Shown piece by piece: positions 41,196-55,113 of a stretch of DNA of 64,000 bases. A program made the position numbers and the translations under genes. Below the pieces are notes generated by a model that saw nothing but the letters and a program-made list of their open reading frames with translations, was not told the origin of the DNA and ran no database searches. Every line of letters begins with the position of its first letter. Positions within the stretch are counted from its first letter, which is position 1. Location of the stretch: positions 868,001 to 932,000 of the forward strand of contig NOWV01000003.1 of NCBI GenBank assembly GCA_003344405.1, read 5' to 3'. Origin of the DNA: Trichoplax sp. H2. Lineage: Eukaryota.

Positions 41196-41822
41196 AATTC
41201 TAATTCTAATCTTTCACCAAATTTTGACTAAGATTGCGTGCACCGCACTCGTTTTTACGAATGAATTTCTGTTTCCTTTTGTGTGATCTAGTACTGTACC
41301 GTACTGAACTATAAGTACAGAATGTCCAAATGTCAGTGTGTTGCTAGAGTGACACGTACGAAGGCAAGCGTGCAGTACTGTACTGTACGTTACATACAGT
41401 GCAAGATGCTTTATAAGTTAATGCAGTGTCATAGTCTCTAAGGCTTTTACGGCTCAGATCGGGTTTAGTACAGTACTTTACAGTGTACAGTGTACAGTAC
41501 TGTAGAGACAACGGATGGAGCTGTTCCAGACTTTAGCTGAGATTGCAGTGCTGAGTACTGTACTGTACTGTACAGTACAGTACAGAAATTGACTGCCTAC
41601 CGTACTGTACTGTACACTGTACGGTATAGTACAGTACAGTACTGTACTTTATAGTGAGTGACAGTACTTGATGTCAGTCCTGTCACTCTAGTCCTGTGCT
41701 GACTGCACTTTGATGAGATTAGACCTTTGCGAACTAACGAAGGATAAATATTGGTCACCTTGAGTAATTTGTGAATCGCGATAGTACTAAAAGTGCTTGA
41801 AATTTGTAAAATCTGAGTAAGT

Positions 41823-43185
41823 ATGGCCGATGAGGTTGCTATCGAATTTTTACATATGGAAATAGTCAATTATGCCCAAAAGGAATTATCCGATGATAAA
41901 AAGGTCTGTATACATACTGTACATGTTACTTAGCCTTTACTTTTATGGTTAACTTGTCAGTTGAAGTTATTAGACTCGCTACCATAAACTCGTTATTTCA
42001 TGATTCAAAGCTATTCACTACTTCTTAGTACTACACTGTAAAACAGAGACCTTCTCGCTGATATTATCTTTGTATTACCCCTTATTAGAAACCTATTTTG
42101 GACTCAATAGGCTACCGTGTAGGATACAGCCTAGCTGAAAGGTTCGTGCAATGTTATGTGATTTACTGCATAGATTGATATGTACTGTACTATGCCAATA
42201 CTGCATTATACAAGTATGTGCACGATCACCTATTTGTGCATTCAGTAGTACTGATTAACTGTACGCTGCAGGCTATCGAAAGAGACACTACGATTTAAAG
42301 ATGATATCGACTCTGTAAAATTCATATGCCGGGAACTGTGGAATTTTATATATAAGAAGCAAGTCGATAATTTACGCACTAATCATTCTGTAAGATTTAA
42401 GTTTTATTTTAATTACAAATTGATCTGTGATTTGTTCTGAATTATAGTACGTATACAAAATTATACCATATTGATATGAATTATTGCTAATGTATAGGGA
42501 GTTTATGTACTAGTAGACAATCATTTCCGTTTCATTTCTTCAATGGCTGAAGGACAGCAGTACATAAAGCTAGCTCCAGTGGTAATTATAATAAATTTTA
42601 ATTATCAATTAACAATATTGCTGATTACTTCAACTTACAAATAACTTTACTTTTATTGCGATATTCCATTGATACTAGTACTTATACTATTCATGTGGAC
42701 TAATAAGAGGAGCTTTAGAGTGCTTCGGTCTGAAGTGTATGGTTACGGCTGATATTACTTCTGTCCCAGTATGTAAGTACAACGAAAAGTAGATAACAGT
42801 CTTGGTGAGACCTTCAAATGCAATAGTTTATTGATTGTAAACGTGTAGGATGTTATATCAAAGATACATAAACAATTTTACAAATTTACTTTTAAAAAGT
42901 AGATAAATGCATCGATAGCGGAATAAACTAGGGATTGCTACCCCTTTTTAATTAGTCACTAGAATAAACACATATACTGTACACTGTACAGTACATTTCC
43001 AAGATATCGTTATTCAAATTAATACTTATCAGTATTCGTAAAATACGCGTATATCATAATCTTTTTTAATTGAAATAGTTTGTAAGTTTATTTAGCAAAT
43101 GACATTGAAAATTTCTCTTATTAATGCTTATATACTGTATGCTATTACTACAGGTCGTTTTCACATTAAAGTACTGACGCAATGA
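41823..43185 (+). CDS. TRAPPC6B: Trafficking protein particle complex subunit 6 (Trs33/Bet3 family), multi-exon
   Basis: MADEVAIEFLHMEIV, LDSIGYRVGYSLAER, RFKDDIDSVKFICRELW, KQVDNLRTNH, GVYVLVDNHF, CGLIRGAL and CRFHIKVLTQ*. Confidence 0.93.
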
Positions 43186-45316
43186 AAGAAGAATTATAGG
43201 CAGCCGAAATCAAACGTTTTGAAATTAAGGTAGACTGAAATTACGCCAGAAGACGCTACTATAATCTCCTCGAACTTACCGGCCTCTTCAATATGCATTC
43301 CTTTTTAAGCCACCTAGCTATTAAAGTAGCCAAATCATAGATTTAGTAGCTGTATGTCGCGTAAAGTATCAGCTCCTTGTTTTCAGTAGCTATAGTATTA
43401 TAACTACCGACCTTTAAGATATAAATTGATGCAGATTTAAGCTCGCTCTACATTGTTAGATTCGCTGTATACATCTAACATAATCACAATCACAATTACT
43501 ACAGACGTCTTAAAGATGTGTACTGTATATTCTTGAAAATTGTATTTAAGTAAGTTCTTTAGTTACTGCGAAGTCACTTTCTTTCTAAAGTGTATTTCGT
43601 ATTTGTATGCATATATTCACACTGTATTATTAATAAAAGGATTCTTTATGTATTTGTGCTTGCTCTAGACAGCAACGTGATTACATAAATATCTATAACA
43701 TAAATTTTATGAATTAGTTATACAGTTTCACTACGATATTGTCAATGGCCTTGAATGGCGACTTCAATAACAAGCCATATAACAGCTCCTAAATGCTAAA
43801 GCGTTATAGTATTCAACTTAGATTTTAAACTGGTAGATATAACATTAAAGTGAAATGTATAAGCAATAATAAATATAAATATGTTTTTTAATATCATTTA
43901 CGAGTAAACATTTGTTTTTGATACATTTTTCGTTCTTAAAATATACAAATGACTATAAACTGATCTTGCAATTTAGTCGCTGTATCAGTATCATCCATCG
44001 TACCTTGATTTCTGAAATTACTAATGATGGTGTACCACTGTAGACACCTTCATCTGATTCAATGCGAAAATGGTATCGGCTATGCCTAATTTGTATCCGA
44101 AATTTTATAGAGCTGTAATAGTACTAGTAACATTTAAAATATAACTGCCATCGATTTTTTAAGATAATTATGGTGAAAATAGATGAAGGTGTCGTTTTAG
44201 AGACTTTTCACAGCGCCGATACGTATCACATATGGTACAGTATTATAACCAATTTTCTATATGATTGATAATAATTATATTACCTCATACAATTTTGCGA
44301 AAAAAGTAATGGTAATATTTACGATAAATGGTAGCAGACTTTTTCAGCGATATGGCATAACAACTGAACTAATCGATGTCTTAGATATATTTAGAAGGTA
44401 TGACGAATAAAGCTAGTGAAAACGTTGTTACATTGAGATCATAATTGTTTTATTAGTAGCACCTGAGGGATACTCGTATACTTACGTAATGAAAAAGGGC
44501 AGGATTGGTAATTGCATTCAAATTTAAAATCAGGTATTGATGATTAATTACCATTAATATGTCATCCATCTTTTGATAGAAACTTATTGCACAGGATCTA
44601 TAAAAATTTGCAGTGCTAGCGGAATGATAGATTCAAATATTTTACTATTAGAACTAGATTTAATCCTGTCTAACACTATTGCTTAAGCTTACAAACAGTA
44701 TACCAATACCTGGAACCGGAAGCAACGAGATAGAAATATTACTATTGATAGCATGAGTATATCCTTAAAAGCTAGGCATGATGGGGTATCTTGATGCAAC
44801 AGAGCTAATTTCATATAGGACATGACCCCAACCTTAAAAGAGCGATGTAATTGTGAACTCTTATAAAACGTACTACGAAAATTAATTTTCTGAGTAAATG
44901 TACCGTTCACACTGCTGACTAATCAGAAAAAGGGAACAGTAGAAGTGCGAATAATCTTTCAGTTAACCGTATATAGTATTCAGGTACTCAACTACTTCTA
45001 CTTCAGAGAAAAATGATCAAAATTAAGTACTAAGTAAAGCGATTCTTTTAAATACATACACCTATTTGTACAATGCTCTAATAATTTCTAATCAAATCAA
45101 ACGTTTCAGCATTCCTGTCGTGGTCATCTTAGTCTAAACTTGGTATAAGCAGTATCGTACGGCAAATAAAAGATCGAACATCAATTGCGTGAAGCTTCAC
45201 AGTTATTCGCAAGTTGAGATGGTTAGAGTGACGCTATTACTACTTCAGCTGATACTCTCTAAAATCTAGAAAAAAAATCTCATAACCTTAACAATCTAAT
45301 GGTAAATTCATAAGTC

Positions 45317-47915
45317 ATGGATGGAGATTTTCTAGTTCATGGTGATCCTGAAATATGGAAAACAGCTTACGCGTACGATGTAAGTTTGAGTAAATATTAA
45401 TAGTAAATAATTTATCCATAGCTGTAAGCTATTATCGAAGAGTATACTAGACCAGAAGTAAAGTAGCCTTAACATTTAATATATAATAAATGTGTTAATT
45501 GAAATGAAGAGACTATCTGTTTTCAGAATTGTCTTGCTGTCGTAATAAATGCTTATGAAAGGTAGATATCTATTCTTGCATCATAAGTTACATCAGAGTT
45601 TGGTAAATATTAACTGATATTGTCCTTAGTAGTATTAAATATAAATAAACGTTAATCTTCTCGTAAATGATACAGGGTATGAACCTAATTAATAGCATTA
45701 CAATGCCAAAGAGCTTCTGGAGTTGTAATCCTTACCATAGTTTCTGCAGAGATGTTTCCGGAGTAAAAATGATGATGCATTGCAGATACTTTATTCTCAT
45801 TAACACTAGAGCTTCCAATATAGTGATAGAACAATTCAAATAAGAAATTTTCATTCTTCTCGCTATTTTCTAAACTTGATTTAAATTTAATACTCAGAAC
45901 TAATGCTTGTCATTTTTATTTCACAGACGCCGGGAGATAATCAGTACCTAGTCGATTTTGGGGATGACCTGCTTAAAGGACACGATATTTTTATGCCACC
46001 ATTGTTCTCAGATTACGAAGAATCTAAGTAAAAAACTCTCCATACCACTATTAATTTATCTTAATGTTTTAATAGAATATACAGCAGAAGCTTTCTACCA
46101 CATAGTCGCTGACGTGGTATTTCTAGTTATATTTTTTTGGCAATACTATCAGTCAGCTATATAACGAGATTCACCAAGAAAGAACATTTACATTGATACA
46201 AAAGCTGGGAATTAATCACAAGATGCCTATCATATTTTTTGATCTTCATCAACTGCATACAGCTTGCATTTTTACAAAAATATACGTAGTCAGTTTTAGA
46301 GTTAGTAAGCGAACCTCTTGCTGGCACTAATTAATAATTAACGTTAGCTATTGGTTATCATTTATCAGTGATCTTATGACTGGTTTGGTATCTAATACGA
46401 AAGATTCAGTGATTACCAGTGATTCCCTAAAAGATGCAGTGCCAGTCGATTTAAAAGGTAATATTTACTCCATTTGAAGCTATACGCACCAAAATTAACC
46501 TATGAGTAATATTAATTCGCACCTACTATAATGTTTTAAGTTTATGTTTTTATAGTGAACAGTCACTGGAATATTTCCTATAAACTATTTCACTTTTCCA
46601 GGGCGTAGTTTTATGGGGAATATGAATATGTTAGTGGATGCTCTGAAGTTAGTACTGACTAAATTATTTAAGCAATCTAAATATTTATTTAGCATTAGAT
46701 CTCAATAATCTTAGAAACCACGAAATTAAGCCCGGAACGACCTCGGTCAGCAAGGATGCCAAAAATGTAACACTAGATTCCAAGACAATCACACTGCAAA
46801 ATAATCCAGTAGTTTTTGATAATGCGTTCAAACTGCGTCCAATTATTAACAAAAAGTATGAAGATAAAGAAGAGAATCGGAAAATGGTCAATAGCATCGA
46901 GGGTAGTGAAAGAAAACTGAAAATTGCTGACTTAGCGTCGTCTCGTTATATTCAATCTCCCATGCCAGAAAGTAGAGATCTAGATAATGCATACATTTCT
47001 CATCCTTTAAATGAAATCAAGCGCAGTAAGCACGAAAACGAGCAACTCAAAATCGCTAAATCAGACATAGCTACCAAAGCAAAGAGGAAAAAGCCGAAGG
47101 TGGAGCAAGTCTCCGCTCTGATACCGACGAATAAAAATACCAAGATTAATAATTTGATTGAATCGGATAGTGAAAGTCAAAGAAAGGCCTTTGCAAAACA
47201 CATATCGACTGGGAAGGAAAATTGGCCGCCGAAAAAAAATAAGAAAAAAATTGTTAATATGGGCTGTGAAATTAAACAAGCGAAAGGGAAACGATGCAGT
47301 GTAGTGCGAACTCCAAATGATCTCATAAAGTACACAGTGGGGAATTCAGCTATGAATGCTTGCGAGATACATAGCTCGAAAGAAAGTCAGGTTTTAAAAT
47401 TATTATTAAAATCTGAAACTAGTATAATCATAACCTCTAGAACCATTAATCATGGAAAAATTAATGACACGTAATTTAGAATTTTTTTATCTCATAGAAT
47501 AAAATATCTGTAAATGTAAATATACGTAAATTAATTACTATCATAGGAAAAAAAACATCATCAAAGGTCAGCGAACAAAAATTCTGGCTCCAATCTTGCA
47601 TGTGGTTCTGAAGTTAAAAAGAGCCTACGACGCGAAAGAAATAGAATTCACAGTCGCAACCATCGTATAAAGAAAAAGATGCAGTTTCAAACTTTAGCTG
47701 AAGATAATCATAGACTGCAAATTTTGCATAAGGCAATGAGAACTCAGTATGAAAAATTCTTAGCTCAGCTAAAAGTCACTACTGAATTATTAATGAAGGA
47801 AACCAGAAATAATAAAAATGTGACTCATCTCAAAACGGCACACGACACAGCTCGAAAATTAAGGACTGAGATTGGAATTCAAATCGAATGTCTCCGTAAT
47901 CAGTATAACGTTTAG
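45317..47915 (+). CDS. Divergent bZIP transcription factor (5' exons tentative; bZIP in last exon 47547-47915)
   Basis: The last exon encodes KSLRRERNRIHSRNHRIKKKMQFQTLAEDNHRLQILHKAMRTQYEKF, which fits N-x7-R-x9-L-x6-L-x6-M. A long open exon at about 46699-47390 joins it in phase. The putative first exon MDGDFLVHGDPEIWKTAYAYD is followed by GTAAGT. Confidence 0.7.
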
Positions 47916-48248
47916 CAATTTTAAAGAAAGTGGTGCAGTGGTTAAATATCTCGATCTGATTTCGATAGCATTATCGTTCCAGATTCAGCTTTAGTTATTA
48001 CAATAATTAGAGCCTAGTTTTATTGATGTTCCTACTCCTACAACTGCTAGTTATATTGATATGAACGCTATGCACGGCCGTTAGTAAATAATGATACCAC
48101 TCAAAAATAACGACTATTATTACTATGTACTTAAAATTGTTATACACGTATAAGCTATTTAATTAAAGTCAGTATCGCGTGAAATATGTAGAAATTATAC
48201 CAGTACTATACGCAGCTTTTCGTTGCAAAGCGTACAGATAAAGGTATC

Positions 48249-48250
<2 letters not shown>

Positions 48251-48281
<31 letters not shown>
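48251..48281. repeat. (AT)n microsatellite
   Basis: About 15 AT units; a similar tract lies at about 50181-50209. Confidence 0.95.
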
Positions 48282-48282
<1 letters not shown>

Positions 48283-49056
48283 CATAGGTTGTCATTAATT
48301 ATTATATCAGTTTTGCAATTTGGTGTTTATAAACACGTGATTATAGTATAGCGTAATTCACTTCATGAGTTACTACTACTCCATAAGCAAGTAATAGCAT
48401 ACTTATGGATTGAAATCTAGATGTTTATTGTCTAAAAGAGCAGATGTTCAATGTAGTACTTTTATTCTATGCTGTACCAACTTTGATGCTTTGCCCATAG
48501 ATATTGCATTGCACCCGTTGTATGGTATTTTAGAATCAAACTGTCTCGTAATGATACTGGTCTAAGATGATTTAGACTTGTACTTAATGAATTTCGCGCA
48601 ATAAGATAACCGTAATAGTAAATAAATGATACAGTGTTGTGATGTGATATGGTTTATGAATCATGAAAATTCCGGAGATCCCCTTAATTTAAGGCTACAT
48701 TATACGATGTAGCCTTAATCTAATCTCAGTATCTAGAATTCTGAATTCTCTAAATTAAATTCAAATATAGTAGTAAGAGAGTGCAGATCTAATCTTGTCG
48801 GTATTTACTCAATACTACTGTACTTACCATGCGGCTGCGGTACGTCGTATCAATGGTTCCTAATTTGGAACACAATACAGTAGTTTGTATAGTATGTGAA
48901 GTGAAATGAAAGAGTTGTTTACGAAACCGTGTGTTTACTGTGTTGTACTGGATAGTAGGTACGGAACGGAAGTGTACGATAGTGTACGACATACAGTACA
49001 ATACATGCAAACAATTAAACCATTTAGCTGGATCATACAGGCATATTTGCAACGTT

Positions 49057-50691
49057 ATGTGCAACCGTTGTGTTTTTACTCCATTTCCTGATCGGGTAGG
49101 ATTTATTTTAATTTTTAATTATTTTATCATCGATTGATACGCGCATTTCAGATATTTTAAGTCAGGATAATGTGTAGAATATTAAACTTGAGGTTAATCA
49201 CTAGACTGTACTGCACAGTAGTGTATGTTGAGCTTGTGCAATGTACTGTACTGTATACTATACTGTACACTAAGTATGCAGTACTGTAGATGATGCACTC
49301 TCTAAAATGTTTGCAGGATCTTCGGGTGTACTTGTTGGCTAGCTACTATTGTAGAATGTCCAAATTGGTACAATTAACAATTTAATTCAGTTAATTCATC
49401 GGTGCAGCGTAATTGATAACACATGAGTGACTGAGCCGTGTATTTTCTACCAGACTTATCTGATGTCTGCAATAAAATTTTGATTTGTTTTTATCTAAAT
49501 TATTCTAATAACGTCAGAATATCTACATGGACAGAAACCAATAAGATTTGTCATATTGTAGAATATACATTATACACGTTACTATAGTATCTATATATAT
49601 ATACTGCGCCGGTTTGTAAAAGTAGTGACTTTAGGATAAAGTGTACGTATATACTATACTGTAGTTATAAAAAGAAAGAAATTTCATCCGCCTTACTAAG
49701 ATAGCAAACTACTGATTAATATACGTATACGTATCGTGAAACCAAAGACAATTGATTGTCGTATTAATTACAGGGGAATAGCTGCCTCGACACTGGATCA
49801 TTCTTTTTAAACTTTAAAGCTTGTTGTAGTTGTCAGAAAAGGACACTGATTGAAACTTGTAATAAAGAATCGAAAGAGGAAGAAGATCAAACAGAAGTAA
49901 TCAAGTATCAACGTAAGAGTGCTGTACCTGAGAAAATTAAGCTGAGCTGAATTAATCATTGACATCAATAAATAATAGTTGATGCATCAAATTAAATCGT
50001 AACTATTGCTAGTGAAATTGACTGATTGTACGGTAAATGAAAAATCACAATCACATTAGTTATGATTAAGTTAATTATTATAGGCCTGTTAGGTGGAATC
50101 TCAGCCGGATGATGAAACCTTGCCAGTTGCAACTAGTTGTAACTGTATTTATACAGTAGTTATTCGCATAGTATTATTTTCTTTGATTAATATATATATA
50201 TATATATATCTTTATTAAAAATGTATATTGTAGATATATGTCCTAATTGCCGACACGTCATTGCCAACCATGAGTACACTTTTCAAGTAGAGGAAGGTTA
50301 TCAGGTGAAAACTATTAAGTTACTGCAGTACATATTTTTGCCTTAGCAACCTTAGCCTACTGTATCGTATATAACTGATATTTCGCTTTAACAGCCAAGT
50401 TTAATGTGCTATAATAGTATATATTTAGATTGTATTTTGTAATCATGTCATTGTAACATTTTAACTTCATAGCTTTATTAATCTACTATAATTTATTTAT
50501 TAAAGTCTAACATACACATACTTATCATTCGTGCAAGACTCAGCCTCTGCTGACTGCGACTAAAAATTACTTTTCATTATATTGTTATCAAGATTTATGG
50601 CATGGAATGTTTACTTTGTGGTTGCGGTGAAGCAACTGTTAGCGTTATGCCTAACGATCCTAGAAAACTTTTAATCAACAATGGGTATTGA
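49057..50691 (+). CDS. CHURC1: Churchill zinc-binding protein, 115 aa, 4 exons
   Basis: Exons 49057-49095, 49774-49912, 50234-50304 and 50593-50691 give MCNRCVFTPFPDRGNSCLDTGSFFLNFKACCSC...HICPNCRHVIANHEYTF...MECLLCGCGEATVSVMPNDPRK, matching Churchill along its length. Confidence 0.95.
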
Positions 50692-50811
50692 ATATCTTTC
50701 AATGTGATAGATCTTTATTTAAAAATTTACTTAAATAATAACGACAAACATAAAAATTTAATAAAAAATTTTGAATAAAAATGATCACTATAATATTTTC
50801 TTGTACTGAAA

Positions 50812-53800
50812 TTAATCTTTACTGGTTGTTTTTATCTTTTTGGCCTCCATTTCAACATTGTCTGTTTCAGTTAGTTCTCTTTTATTCCGAAGTGCATTAC
50901 TCTCAATACTATAATTATCTTTACTTTTAGTATCACTGTGTACTATATTTAAATCTGCCTTTCCTTCGTTATCCATAATTGTACTATCTTTGACATTCTC
51001 ATTGTTTATGACGTCTTTTTTATCACAATCAGAATCAATCTTAATTCCACTTAATAAGTAACCGCCAGTACCACTCATCATAGTTAAAGGATGAGTTCGA
51101 TCCGGCAAAACCTGTTTATGATAAATTTAAATAAACATGTGTTATGTAATGTAATAAATTATTGTTCCTGATTCTTAGATTACCTGATACTCTCGCAACC
51201 ATGTTTCTGTTAGCTGAATATTTACTGCTAGCTGCTGCTCTTGCAAGTAGACGTAACATTCTGCTAGAGGCTACAGAAAAATACGAAACACTAGCTAATT
51301 ATCGATAAATATATGCCTTTAAACTAGAATTATCAAGTCTAGTATATTGAACCAAGAAATGATGTAAATATTACTGGTATGACATTGTTTACGAAAGAAC
51401 TGAATTTGATAGTGTTGAGTAACAAACCTCCTTTAAAAAGCAATATATGATAAATGGTCGTGACGGGGCAATATATTTTATCAAGGACTTTAGAATTGGC
51501 AAAGGATCGAATTTTGTAGCTATGATTAGCCTGAAAGAATATATTTTCAACTTAAATTCACTGTCGTACTCCAAAAATATGAAGAGTACGAAGAAATTAA
51601 CAACGAATTAATATCCATAATTTATAACATTCAAATTTTAATTTATTAAGAAAATCTGGTAATTAGGTTAGTAATATGCATAGATCGCGTATAATACCCG
51701 TCCAAATCATGAGTTGATAGGTGTTTCTTAGCTTCTAACTCCATACGAATTCGTTGATTTTTATCAAGCTAATACAAATAAATATACATTTTAACGTATT
51801 ATGTTAAATCGTACTGTTTAACAGTAATTCCAGAACAATGCCATTAACTCTATGCTGAACTAATTGATAAACTGTTAATGTGATTCAGGTTATTATGCTA
51901 CTGTAAATACTGAATAAATTAGGGTATTTTGTAGGTATAAATCAGATTGAAGAAATTCTTGCAATACAAACCGAAAATTGTTTAGAGTCTGTATCATTAG
52001 CAGGATCTGTCGATATTGCTAATTTTTTTTCTATCGCATCCTGCTTTTCATTATCACTATCAGCTAAAATTGATGTCAATTGTGATTGAAATAGAAAGTG
52101 TTGTCCATATTATGTCAGGCGGGTATTTCATGTTTCGTGAGTATCTCATGAGTACTGTATGAAAATCTTACCTGGCTTACTTGATAAACCCGTCATATTA
52201 TCAGATTCTTTGCTGTTAACTTTACGTAGCGATAGATATAAGATCATATCCATACATGCTTGTGGAAAATTACAATTTGTAATGGAATATCTGCAAAATT
52301 ATCAAGAATACTCTATCACTTTGACGTTGAAGCTCATACAGTAAAACGCATGTAGACAACTTTGGAGCTAATCCATAACCGAACCCTAACATTCTTACCC
52401 AACTGTCGGAACATCACCGGCATGTACCTGAATGATAACACCTTCACCTATTAATTAAAGAAATCTTTCGTAAGATACCCATCTCATAGCGTAAAATTGT
52501 TTGTATAACTGTGCAATCAATGAATTAATTCCTTTTTATTACCTCCCATTCTTTCCATAACAGCAGCCGTTACCAAGCCCTGACATGATTCAGCAATTAC
52601 TAACTTAGATTTCGCTTTAACGTCTGCCATAGTTAGGAGCTGTGCCAATGTATCGTAACGTAAATGACTAAGAAAGGGCAGACACAAGTTAGGGTGAAAT
52701 TCAATACAATTAAGCAAGACAACAAGTCTTATATTGCATTTCTAATTTCAGGATTGTTTAATTCAGACCATATTTTATTGGGGGCATGATTCCAGTAATT
52801 ACGGCAAATAATTCTTGCTGTTGGCCATCTAATGATGATACGATGTGAATACCTTTGAAAGTAGTTTTACAAACAAAAATTATCCATCGTTAAATTAGAT
52901 TTATATATATATACCTATATATATTTAGTGCGGTAGTTCGCCATGTCAATTTATCAGTTATAAGAGATACGTTTTTCATTAAAATGTTCTAAGAAGTGTT
53001 TCACAATAAAGTAATTCATATTTCCAGGCTAAAAAATTACGAGATACAACTTTACAGCGTTTTTAGCTCTTACTTTTTAAGTTTCTTTTTAATGTACTTT
53101 ACTTTAGAAAATTCAGTTTTTGCATCAAAGGTAGCACTATTCTTCACTAGCTTCTCAACAAGGTCCTAATAAATTAAAACATTATAATAATACATAGTCA
53201 GTTAATAACTGCGATATCATTCCCATCTTATTTAAAATTATACTTGTACATTATAGATCATTAGTTGTAAAATACAAATTTGCTAAGATCTCGTAAGCTC
53301 CCACTTTATTAAAATATTTTTGGGGAACTTGTATAAGGTTGCAACTAATAAAATTATTTAACAATAAACTTAAGTATCACGGCTTACCATTCCTATCACA
53401 CCACTTTTCTTATAGTCTTCGATTTGGCTACGTGATAGCTTTTGTGAGCTTGGATCATCTGCTAATGTGCTATTATCTATACCTTCTATTACAGCTATTA
53501 CGTATTTCGGAAATTTAATTGTTTAGTTTTAACGTATAAAATATGAAACTTCTGTTATTTTTTTTATGTAGATAAACATTGCAGAGAGGGAGCACTGTAC
53601 AGTTAGTATTTAAGGCCGTAGTACTGTACGCATAATAGATCGTAACATTACCACAGGTATAGCAAGCTTGACTTCTTACCGGGTTTGCTAGTGGATGATG
53701 AAATTTCTTCGTAATGAAGCTTATAAAGATGATCATTTCGGACATCAAACGTGGTGTTGTAATAACAGCCAACGGCGTTGTCTAAATAAAAATTAAGCCT

Positions 53801-55113
53801 GTCTATGCACGCCTTCCTGCAATACATTTTAGAACGGACATTATTTAATATTATCTATCAGCAAATGCACGATAATTTTTAGTTTTTAAGTCACATAGAT
53901 TATGTAAATTAATATAACTCTTAAATCAGATTAGTTAGAGCAAGATCTTGAGTTTGTAGTAGCTATCTAATAGAGCAAATGCTTTTAAACAAACCTGACT
54001 ACAAATTATAGTGATGTAAAACGAATGATATATGAGTAAGTTTTCCATACAAGAGGATATACGTTTTGTGCACGGATATTGAATGTTTAATTTACATGTT
54101 TATCTTTATGTAGGTAACTTAGCCATACATCATGCACGTAGATATACCGCACGCGTATGTGCATGATACAGTCTTGTATTATAGTGAAAAGGAATAGTTT
54201 TCTTTCGAGTCCAGTTATGACTTCAAGTAGTAGTACAAATTAAAGTGCATTTCAACTTGCAATTTTGCTACTTGTGTATCTAGTGAGATTGTAAATTATA
54301 GATGATACGACAATGGAAAAATCTACTAGAAAAGGGCCTGAATGGGTTACTTGATAAATAATTACACTATAAATGATTATAATTATATAATCTGTGAATA
54401 TTCGTACTTGTATATCACGTAGGACAGTTCTGTATATAACTACAGTTAGTGTAGTGCCGCAGTCAACAGGTTAAGAGGTAAAGAGATTGAATAGAAAGAT
54501 ACCAACATTTGCACAGTGCTATCTATATTCTAACTAAATCGTTCTGTGCTTATATTCACCGTTTATACTAGCTCACAATGCCAATGTACAACCATAAAAT
54601 GTCCAAACTTGAGTGAACAACCATGCACTCAGGTATGGGCTACTAGAAGCTTTTCTTCTAGTATAGTAGTACATGACTCAGGTCTGAAAGTCTGCTCGGA
54701 ATAGGCAATACGTATATTAAATGTTAAATGATAATCGTAAACCTGAGTAGGATTCATGCAGCAATCAATGATTACTTGCGCTCATAAAGTGTACATGATA
54801 TGCAAGTTCCAGAAATGAAGTTTAAGAGCTTCCTGGCTCTAAGTTACAGTACATAATATTGTACTACATGAGTATCTAGAGATTGCTTATTTACATCGCA
54901 GCTACAAGAATACATCATTCCAGCTACACAAGTAGTTTAATTTCGACAAAACTATCGGTACACTAGCTTATGTCCTATGTACGTATATATGTTCATATAT
55001 GTATAAGTATCTTACATTACCTACCTCCCTTTTCTTATGGTTATATACTTAAATTTGTCTCCCTTTTCTATTATAACTTTATCACCATAGTCGATTTTTC
55101 CTTTCGATCGCAT
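50812..55113 (-). CDS. TRMT6: tRNA m1A58 methyltransferase non-catalytic subunit (Gcd10), multi-exon
   Basis: SSQKLSRSQIE, LVKNSATFDAKTEFSKVKYIKKK, LRYDTLAQLLTMADV, GLVTAAVMERMGG, SRPFIIYC and LTETWLREYQVLPDRTHPLTMMSGTGGYLLSG. The first exon starts MRSKGKIDYGDKVII. Confidence 0.93.

Noticed and set aside
43900..44950. Possible minus-strand exons between TRAPPC6 and the bZIP gene
   Set aside because: There is one plausible exon (about 44013-44084) but no supportable gene model.
50105..50150. C/D snoRNA candidate in Churchill intron 2 (ATGATGA plus a 22-bp near-palindrome)
   Set aside because: No box D (CTGA) or terminal stem lies downstream within the intron.
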